Source: Promethearchaeota archaeon (lineage in GTDB: Archaea; Asgardarchaeota; Thorarchaeia; Thorarchaeales; Thorarchaeaceae). From it: 33,569 bases of DNA. Position 1 is the first letter of the stretch. Each line of letters starts with the position of its first letter. Positions 18,082 through 25,462 of this stretch are shown one piece after another. The stretch covers positions 1-33,569 of the forward strand of contig JBHLND010000003.1 of the NCBI GenBank assembly GCA_048937485.1, read 5' to 3'. The position numbers were made by a program, and so were the translations under genes. Below the pieces are notes generated by a model. The model was not told the origin of the DNA, ran no database searches, and saw nothing but the letters and a program-made list of their open reading frames with translations.

Positions 18082-19122
18082 CTACGCTTGGAGAATCTTA
18101 GTAACGGCATCCGCAGTCCGAAGGGTGTCTTCGCGGCTAATCATTCGATGCAGGACGAAACGAGTTCTCGTGCCGTACCCTCCATAAACCAGGATTCCTT
18201 GCTTCTTTAATTCCTGCGATAGCTCCAGAGTGCCTATCTTTAGATTATCCAACCCGATGAAGAGAATGTTTGTCTGCGGCTCCTTTATACTAATCCCTGA
18301 AATTTGTGATAGTCGCTTGTAAAGCAGCTTTGCGTTTGCATGATCTTCAGCAAGTCGATCAACCATCTTCTCAAGCGCAATAATCCCTGGAGCTGCTATT
18401 ATCCCTGCTTGCCTCATTCCTCCGCCTAGTTTCTTTCGCAATCTATGGGCGTCATGAATGAATTCCTCAGTGCCTGCCACGATGGAACCCACTGGCGCTG
18501 ATAGTCCTTTGCTCAAGCAAATCTGAACGGAGTCGACGTCAGATACTAGTTTCCTGGCTGGAACATTAAGTGCGACTGCAGCATTGAACAAGCGGGCTCC
18601 ATCGCAATGAATCTGAAGGTCGTATTCCCGGGCAGCTTCTGATAATGCCTTCACCTGCCCTGGAGTCGTGACTGTTCCTCCTGCGTAGTTGTGAGTGTTC
18701 TCTACTACAACTATTCCGGAATGAGGGTAATGAGCGTCATCAGGCCTAATCGCATCTCTTAATGTCTGTGGAGGGATATATCCTTCGACTCCTCTGACAG
18801 GTCTAGGGTATAGCCCTCCCAATACAGACATCGCACCTCCTTCGAACATGAAGGTGTGTGATTGCTCCTCGACAATTACCTCATCACCACGTTTAGTTTG
18901 GGCAAGAAGAGCTATTACATTGCCCTGCGTACCAGAAGTGACCAGGAGTGCCGCTTCCTTCCCTAAAATTCTTGCAGCCTTCTCTTGAAGTTCATTTACA
19001 ACCTCATCTTCCCCTATCACATCATCACCAAACCTATCTTCTTGGTGGGCTTTAACAATCGCTTGAATCATCTCGTCAGTTGGTTTGGTAACCGTGTCAC
19101 TTCGGAGGTCAATGTATTTCAT
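18082..19122 (-). CDS. ltaE: Low-specificity L-threonine aldolase (PLP-dependent)
   Basis: IDLRSDTVTKP, SGTQGN, ENTHN, HCDGARLFNA, CLSKGL (PLP Lys), GGGMRQAG. Confidence 0.93.
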   Translation of the reverse strand: MKYIDLRSDTVTKPTDEMIQAIVKAHQEDRFGDDVIGEDEVVNELQEKAARILGKEAALLVTSGTQGNVIALLAQTKRGDEVIVEEQSHTFMFEGGAMSVLGGLYPRPVRGVEGYIPPQTLRDAIRPDDAHYPHSGIVVVENTHNYAGGTVTTPGQVKALSEAAREYDLQIHCDGARLFNAAVALNVPARKLVSDVDSVQICLSKGLSAPVGSIVAGTEEFIHDAHRLRKKLGGGMRQAGIIAAPGIIALEKMVDRLAEDHANAKLLYKRLSQISGISIKEPQTNILFIGLDNLKIGTLELSQELKKQGILVYGGYGTRTRFVLHRMISREDTLRTADAVTKILQA

Positions 19123-19237
19123 AGAGTTGCATGGTGCGAGGGTGTGGTTTTAGCCTTGCGGTTACTGCGCCTAGGGTAATGAATAAAGGAGCTTCGTGTT
19201 TCGAACAAGATGTATAACACATTCTGGAGCGACATGA

Positions 19238-20536
19238 GTGACTATGATTGCTGAAGCTAAGCTTGGATACTTGGACAAAATGAGGTTGTTCAAGAGAGAT
19301 GCTCGGCTATGGATTGCAGCAAACGCTATGCAATCGTTTGCATTCGGAGTTAGCAATGTCGTGTTCAATCTCTATATGGTTGATCTGCCCGGTTTTGAGG
19401 AAGACTTCCTTGGTTTCTTTCTCTCTGTTTCTATGTTCGCTACTGCGGCAATTGCGATTCCTGCAGGCATGTTCACAGATCGAAGAAGCAGAAAGAGTAT
19501 CGTCCTCCTTGCCAGCTTTGTATCAGTCCTTATGCTAGTGGTTCAATACACCGTTGTTGACCCTCTGCCACTTATCGCTTCCCAGATTCTTTTCGGTCTA
19601 TTCAGTGCGTTCAAACAGGTTGCATGGGGTCCGTACATCACCGATCTGTCTACATCAGAGGAGCGTGCGCACCTATTTGGATTTGGCAGTGGGATCTCTC
19701 TTCTTGCTGTCTTAGCAGGCAATCTACTCGGTGGCTACCTGCCCGGCGTGTTCCTGAATGCCCTAGGTCTGGCAAGCACTCTGATATGGGCATATCGCTT
19801 CACCCTTTGGTTTAGTATCATTCCCATGTGCATTGCTTTCCTGTCGGTCATTCCGATGACTAAAGATGTTGAAGTAGAGTGCGAAGTCGGAATAGGATTC
19901 AAAAATGTCACAAATTGGGGCTTCATTGGAAAGTATGCGGTTTCCATATCATCGGTTGGCTTGGGAGCTGGAATGATTGTTATGTTCTTCAATCTCTTCT
20001 TCCAGAATGAATTCACAGCAAGTTCTGAGCTAATAGGAGTCATTTTTGGAATCAACACAATTATCCTTGCTCTAGGCAATTTCCTAGCTCCAGCTCTGGC
20101 TGATAGATTCGGTAAGGTTCGCACTATCATATTCACTGAAGCACTGTCTATCCCTTTCCTCCTCATGATTTCCTGGGCGCCTGTGCTTTGGCTCGCTGTG
20201 GTAGCCTATGTTTCTAGATCTGTTCTCATGAATATGGCAGGTCCGGTTTCTAGTGCGTTCTTTATGGAGGGCTTGAGAAAGGAAGAAAGAGCAACTGCCA
20301 CAGGAATCACTAGATCTGGTGATTCACTTGTCCGAGGAATCGCCTCGAACATCGGAGGCGGCCTGCTAGCTGCAGGATTGTACAGATTGCCCTATATCCT
20401 GGTGGCAGGACTCTATGTTCTTGGTATAGTCCTCTTCTATTCATTTTTCAAGAACAAGGAGAAGGAAATTGAGGCTTTGAAACGGGCAGACGTTATTCGA
20501 GAACGAGCGCCAGAAGATACGATAGATATCACTTAG
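19238..20536 (+). CDS. MFS transporter
   Basis: About 12 TM helices; motif A-like GMFTDRRSRK and ALADRFGKVR. Confidence 0.92.
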   Translation: MTMIAEAKLGYLDKMRLFKRDARLWIAANAMQSFAFGVSNVVFNLYMVDLPGFEEDFLGFFLSVSMFATAAIAIPAGMFTDRRSRKSIVLLASFVSVLMLVVQYTVVDPLPLIASQILFGLFSAFKQVAWGPYITDLSTSEERAHLFGFGSGISLLAVLAGNLLGGYLPGVFLNALGLASTLIWAYRFTLWFSIIPMCIAFLSVIPMTKDVEVECEVGIGFKNVTNWGFIGKYAVSISSVGLGAGMIVMFFNLFFQNEFTASSELIGVIFGINTIILALGNFLAPALADRFGKVRTIIFTEALSIPFLLMISWAPVLWLAVVAYVSRSVLMNMAGPVSSAFFMEGLRKEERATATGITRSGDSLVRGIASNIGGGLLAAGLYRLPYILVAGLYVLGIVLFYSFFKNKEKEIEALKRADVIRERAPEDTIDIT

Positions 20537-20592
20537 CGTGCCATCCTATTCTACACTCATCTTCTTTCCAATTCGGATTCGTCTTTCAGCAT

Positions 20593-20862
20593 CTACTGGT
20601 TCTCAGACCTCTTCTGCCCAAACCGCTCCCTCATTGACAGTACCGATTCACCGGTGTCATCCCATACGATGTTGTACTTTGCCCTTTGCTCTGGGTCAGC
20701 GAATCTCCTGTCAATAATTCTCTTTGAAGACTCATACCCAGCTCTTGCCTGTGCAATCATAATCAGACTGACAGAGTGTCTTGGGTCAACCGGATCGAGC
20801 GGAGGAATTCCAAGATTCCATCCATACTTTTCCTTCTGATGTCTCTGCGCTTCTGCTGACAT
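20593..20862 (-). CDS. Hypothetical 89-aa protein
   Basis: ATG preceded by AGGAGAG; charged, protein-like composition; no recognisable motif. Confidence 0.55.
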   Translation of the reverse strand: MSAEAQRHQKEKYGWNLGIPPLDPVDPRHSVSLIMIAQARAGYESSKRIIDRRFADPEQRAKYNIVWDDTGESVLSMRERFGQKRSENQ

Positions 20863-21115
20863 CTTGCTCTCCTGACAGTCCTGCTCTTCCCTATCTGACC
20901 GTCATGTATTCCATGGCTTCCAAAATTCTAAGGTCTTTAGACTGAATGTATTCGCCTCTCATAACTTCCAATTCCGCATTAAAAGAAATGATATGCTTTC
21001 CGATAATTTTCTGGGTAATAATTGACCTTTATTGAATGAATTTATCTTGTTTTAATGAAGTATTAAAATACGTGTAGCTTAAAAGTGCATAACTTGAAAA
21101 AGCGATTTGTTTGAG

Positions 21116-21793
21116 CTACTGGCTTTTTCCTTCAACTGGCAGAGTACACTCAGGTCCTTCATTGCGAGCTGAGTTGACATAAGTTGAAATCTCGTAGGCC
21201 TCCATAACCTCACTAGGATACGGGGTGAGCAATTTCTTCAGACCTTCTACATCCTCGTTTTCAGGATCAAGCCAGAATCCTTCCCTGTCCTGACTAAGAA
21301 TGACAGGCATCCGGTTGTGTATTGGCTTCAGCAACTCATTCGGGTTAGTAGTTAGGATGGAGCAACTCAATATCACTTTATCAGTGGGAGTCTTCCAGTG
21401 GCTATAGATTCCAGCGAACGCAAAGGGCTCCCTTGACTTTAGGCGGATATGAATTGGTTTCTTTGCTTTTCCAGTCTTCTGCCACTCATAGAATCCCGTG
21501 GAGAGAATTAGGCATCTCTTCTTCTTGAACGAATGGCTGAACATTCGCTTTGTGTCAACAGTTTCTGATCGCGCATTAATCATTTTGTTCCCAATCTTTG
21601 GATCCTTGGCCCAGAAGGGAATAAAGCCCCAACGCATTCCGACAAGCCTGGCCTCTGGATCCCGCAGTATCACCGCAATTTGCTGCGCAGGAGCAATATT
21701 GTATCTTGGTACAATATCAAACTCGAATTTCTTTATGCCAAATCTTTCTCCAATAGCCTTCTTATGAGTAAGGAAGTTAAATCGGCCGCACAT
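21116..21793 (-). CDS. SRAP (SOS response-associated peptidase; YedK/HMCES family) abasic-site crosslinking protein
   Basis: N-terminal MCGRF (catalytic Cys2), RYNIAP, MRWGFIP, INARSET, GFYEW (Glu), IHNRMPVIL (His), VNS. Confidence 0.96.
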   Translation of the reverse strand: MCGRFNFLTHKKAIGERFGIKKFEFDIVPRYNIAPAQQIAVILRDPEARLVGMRWGFIPFWAKDPKIGNKMINARSETVDTKRMFSHSFKKKRCLILSTGFYEWQKTGKAKKPIHIRLKSREPFAFAGIYSHWKTPTDKVILSCSILTTNPNELLKPIHNRMPVILSQDREGFWLDPENEDVEGLKKLLTPYPSEVMEAYEISTYVNSARNEGPECTLPVEGKSQ

Positions 21794-21902
21794 TTCACTA
21801 TAATATGGTATGAGGGAGTAAAAGCATTGGGATGTGTGACAAACATCTCAGTCAGCTCCGTAAGACACAAACACGATGGAAGTATTCCTGCTAATGAGAA
21901 CT

Positions 21903-22718
21903 ATGCGTAAAGGTCTGCACATCGGCACATGTGGATGGTCCTATCCTGAATGGAAGGGAATCTTCTATTCTAACGAAGGTGGATTCATTCAGCAATACCT
22001 CTCCTACTTCAATATAGCAGAAATCAATGCAACTTTCTACGGCCCTCTCAAGGAGGATTTCATGAAATTCTTGAAGCTAGAGCTTCCACCAGAGAAGTCC
22101 TTCACAGCAAAGATTCCACATGCAGTCACTCATAACAATAGGCTTGACCTCCGGACTGATGCGGGACCTGCTCTATCAGAGTTCTTCACTAAGACAAAAA
22201 CCATGATTGATAGACTAGAGGCTCTTCTAATTCAATTGCCTCCTTGGGATGTTTCTACATTTGGAAACCTCGAGGTCTTCTTTAACGCACTCGATACAGA
22301 CTATCGATACGCTGTTGAATTCAGACATGAGAGCTGGTTAAAGCCGTCTGTGTTTGAGCTTCTCGAGAAGTACGGTCTTGCTTACACGATTGTCGATGAA
22401 CCTCGTCTGCCTATTGACATGAGAGTCACCACTGATTTTACATATGTTCGACTTCACGGTCACGGAGACGATCCGTGGTATAATTACATGTACTCTCCTA
22501 AGGAGCTGCTGGAATGGAAACTCCGCCTGGAGCAGCTTTCGGAGGAGATTGGCACTGTTTTTGTCTTCTTCAACAATCATTTCTTTGGGTACGGTCCGAC
22601 AAATGCTCTACAGATGATGAATCTGTTGGGCACCACAACTCCCAGGCAAGTCAGGAAGATGGAGCAGATGCTCAAGAAGCTATCCGTGAAACAGACATTG
22701 CTTGAGGATTTCAAATAG
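21903..22718 (+). CDS. DUF72 (YecE-like TIM-barrel) protein with a C-terminal PIP-like motif
   Basis: IGTCGWSYPEW, EINATFY, LIQLPP, AVEFRHESW, YVRLHG, YNYMYS, FFNNH; ends KQTLLEDFK*. Upstream in-frame ATGs at 21876 and 21894. Confidence 0.93.
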   Translation: MRKGLHIGTCGWSYPEWKGIFYSNEGGFIQQYLSYFNIAEINATFYGPLKEDFMKFLKLELPPEKSFTAKIPHAVTHNNRLDLRTDAGPALSEFFTKTKTMIDRLEALLIQLPPWDVSTFGNLEVFFNALDTDYRYAVEFRHESWLKPSVFELLEKYGLAYTIVDEPRLPIDMRVTTDFTYVRLHGHGDDPWYNYMYSPKELLEWKLRLEQLSEEIGTVFVFFNNHFFGYGPTNALQMMNLLGTTTPRQVRKMEQMLKKLSVKQTLLEDFK

Positions 22719-22725
22719 CATAGTC

Positions 22726-23556
22726 CTATGGGTTCCCATGATAGAACTGCATCGCTCTTTTCATAACTTCATCATCGGCTGGGAAAATAATCGGTACGGC
22801 TACAAAGGAAGACTGACAGGGATTGCCTCTTGCTACGTGGAACACAATCTTTGGCCTGCCTGACTCATGACTGTTATCAATCTCCACAACGTAGCTCATT
22901 GTTGTAACAGGATCATCATTGTTTACTGCATGCTTGCAAAGGCTGGCCTGCCCAGGACTCTCCCCATGGTCTTTGAGAAGAGTGAACACATCTCTCACAT
23001 TTGTGACCTGTCTGACTAGGTCATATCCTCTTTCTACTCTCTTAACTGAATTCTCATATCCGTCAGCACCTACAAGATTCGCTTTCAGAGCATCCTCAGT
23101 ATCAAGCATGATATGGTGCGCTGTTCGCAGGACCTTTCTCTCTGACCATTCGATTGAGTGTTCATCTCCTGCAAGTTCAATCACCAGCATTGAGTCATGG
23201 TCTGCAAGAACCAAATTTCCCCATTGGTATCTGCGGCCTGTTTTCAAATGCTCTCTAACCATCTCAAGGCCATCCTCTGCATCCTTGGAGAACATAAGGA
23301 GTTGCTCAGTCAGCAGGTAATAGGATGGATCGTCAGTATTCCTGACGTGAGTATTGGCAATTGCTAGACCATGATGGTTCACACCAATGGCCAAACCACC
23401 TATCTCTCCTGTTACGTTGTTGACACCTCTTACTCCAAAACAGTCCACATCGTAGAACAGCTCATCCTTGTGATCTCTTACATTCATGTCCCGGTTTTTG
23501 AAAAGAAGGGTCTTCTTCTCGTCTGGTAGGATCACGGCACCTGCAAAGCTAGGCAT
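22726..23556 (-). CDS. Ntn-hydrolase-fold protein (peptidase C45/AAT-like) lacking the N-terminal Cys
   Basis: LLFKNRD, GVNHHGLAIANT, GNLVLAD, RTAHH, LLKDHG...LCKH, HVARGNPC. SD AGGTGA lies 5 nt before ATG 23556, giving MPSFAGAV; the track starts at TTG 23595. Confidence 0.7.
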   Translation of the reverse strand: MPSFAGAVILPDEKKTLLFKNRDMNVRDHKDELFYDVDCFGVRGVNNVTGEIGGLAIGVNHHGLAIANTHVRNTDDPSYYLLTEQLLMFSKDAEDGLEMVREHLKTGRRYQWGNLVLADHDSMLVIELAGDEHSIEWSERKVLRTAHHIMLDTEDALKANLVGADGYENSVKRVERGYDLVRQVTNVRDVFTLLKDHGESPGQASLCKHAVNNDDPVTTMSYVVEIDNSHESGRPKIVFHVARGNPCQSSFVAVPIIFPADDEVMKRAMQFYHGNP

Positions 23557-23671
23557 TTGGCTCACCTTGGTGGAATCCGCAGACTCCGCAGTCAATATAA
23601 GTACTCACTGAAATGAGTCCGCGACACAATTTTAGTTGCAAACTGCAATATCAATCTATGATGGATGAACT

Positions 23672-24475
23672 ATGGCCTCCAAGCTTAATGTATCCCTTCG
23701 CAAATTGATAACAAAGATACTCTTGACTAGGCTTGTTTATTTTGAGGAAACGGAATCGACAAACGAAGCTGCGAAAGCACTTGTACTTCAGGGGGAAGAT
23801 GAGGGCCTTCTTGTAATATCTGAAAGACAGCTTGGAGGAAGGGGAAGGCACGGGCGAAAGTGGGAATCTCCAAGTGGTGGTATCTACCTGAGCATCGTGC
23901 TTAGACCACGCATCTCCAATGAATTTGCTCCCCTGATGGGATTAATGGTTGCAAACGCAACGATCGGTGGCATTAACAAAGCAATTGAATTCAGGAAAGG
24001 CTCCTCTGTCAATGTGCGCCTAAAATGGCCAAATGATCTCATGGTTGAGGGCCGAAAGCTTGGTGGTATTCTAGGTGAGCTTGTGGTACGTGAAGATGGA
24101 TCCCTAATGACGATTATTGGTGTTGGCCTAAACAATGATTTTAGCCTGGACGAACTGCCTGAAGAGCTACAGGATACAGCCACTACCCTCTACAGGGAAT
24201 CCGGCGTGACCATCCAACCTGCAGCACTTGTTGCTCAAATAGTGTACTGCATTGACTTCAGATTGCAGGAGATTGAACGAATTGGTTCTTTCATTGCTAC
24301 GCTAGATGAGTTCAGAAGAAACTGCGTTACACTAGGGAGAGAGGTTACGATTGGATTAGACGCCGAAACTGTTACCGGAACTGCCATTGATATTGATGAG
24401 AACGGGTCTCTTGTGGTTGAGAGTGAAGAACGGATTCACATAATCAGTGCCGGAGAAGTTATTCACCTACGATAG
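23672..24475 (+). CDS. birA: Biotin--protein ligase (no N-terminal HTH)
   Basis: STNE, QLGGRGRHGRKWESP, LKWPND, KLGGIL, IGVGLN, C-terminal IDENGSL...AGEV. Confidence 0.94.
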   Translation: MASKLNVSLRKLITKILLTRLVYFEETESTNEAAKALVLQGEDEGLLVISERQLGGRGRHGRKWESPSGGIYLSIVLRPRISNEFAPLMGLMVANATIGGINKAIEFRKGSSVNVRLKWPNDLMVEGRKLGGILGELVVREDGSLMTIIGVGLNNDFSLDELPEELQDTATTLYRESGVTIQPAALVAQIVYCIDFRLQEIERIGSFIATLDEFRRNCVTLGREVTIGLDAETVTGTAIDIDENGSLVVESEERIHIISAGEVIHLR

Positions 24476-24489
24476 AGGAGGTTTGCCAA

Positions 24490-25341
24490 ATGTCGCCACA
24501 TGTAGTCAAAATTGAACCTGAGCGACTAAAGGATTTGAAAGCTCAACTCCTGAAGTCTAAAGGAGCAACTGAATCCAAAGCAACCAGCAAATATGAGCAG
24601 TTTAGAATAAAAGAACGTGGGCAGACGATTATCGCCTACACGAGTGGAAAGGTTGTTGCATCAGGGGACTCCGCGGAGGCCTCCCTTCAAAATGCAATTC
24701 GAACAGTCTATGAGAAATCTAAAACCGAAGGTCTAACAATCGGATCAGATGAAGCCGGAAAGGGTGAATGGCTAGGTCCAATGGTGATTGCGGCAGTTGC
24801 GATAGATTCGACTCAATCTGCATCACTTCGTTCCATGGGTGTAATGGATAGCAAGAACCTGAAACCAGAGAGAATACAGTCGCTGGCAGAAAGAATCGAG
24901 GAACTGAGCCGCGCATACAGGATCGTTCTAATTTCCCCTAAAGCCTTTAACGAGCGATTTGCAGAGTTTCACAGAGAAGGAAAGAATCTGAATGACTTGT
25001 TGGCATGGGGACACGCTAAGGCGGTATCAGAAGTTCACTCTGGTTTGAAGGGCAAAGAGGTTAGAGTAGTTATCGACGAGTTCTCAACATTAAAGACGAA
25101 ACTTCGATTGGAGCGAGTTCTTGATATTGACTCCATTGTGTTAATTCAGAGGCCTCATGCTGAAGACGAGATTGCTGTTGCTGCAGCAAGTATTCTGGCT
25201 CGTAGCGCGAGAGAAACTTGGATTGACCGGGAGTCTGTGAGGCTACGGATTGACCTGCGCAGACTAGATTCAAAGGTTGTTCTTCAAAGGTCTGATCACA
25301 AATCTCTAGTAAAGATATCCTATCTTAGAAAGCAGTACTAA
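24490..25341 (+). CDS. rnhC: Ribonuclease HIII (N-terminal TBP-like domain + RNase H type 2 core)
   Basis: N-terminal extension with IIAYTSGKVVASG; catalytic motifs GSDEAGKGE, DSK, VIDEF, HAED, VAAASILAR. Confidence 0.82.
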   Translation: MSPHVVKIEPERLKDLKAQLLKSKGATESKATSKYEQFRIKERGQTIIAYTSGKVVASGDSAEASLQNAIRTVYEKSKTEGLTIGSDEAGKGEWLGPMVIAAVAIDSTQSASLRSMGVMDSKNLKPERIQSLAERIEELSRAYRIVLISPKAFNERFAEFHREGKNLNDLLAWGHAKAVSEVHSGLKGKEVRVVIDEFSTLKTKLRLERVLDIDSIVLIQRPHAEDEIAVAAASILARSARETWIDRESVRLRIDLRRLDSKVVLQRSDHKSLVKISYLRKQY

Positions 25342-25462
25342 TTGTTACACTGTGATTACTCATTATGTAGTGAAATACAGAGAACACACTTGCCTTGAAA
25401 TACAAGTTCGTAGGATAGGTTGTCCTACAAATCGAAGAACTCCTCATGGGCGGACCAAGTGT

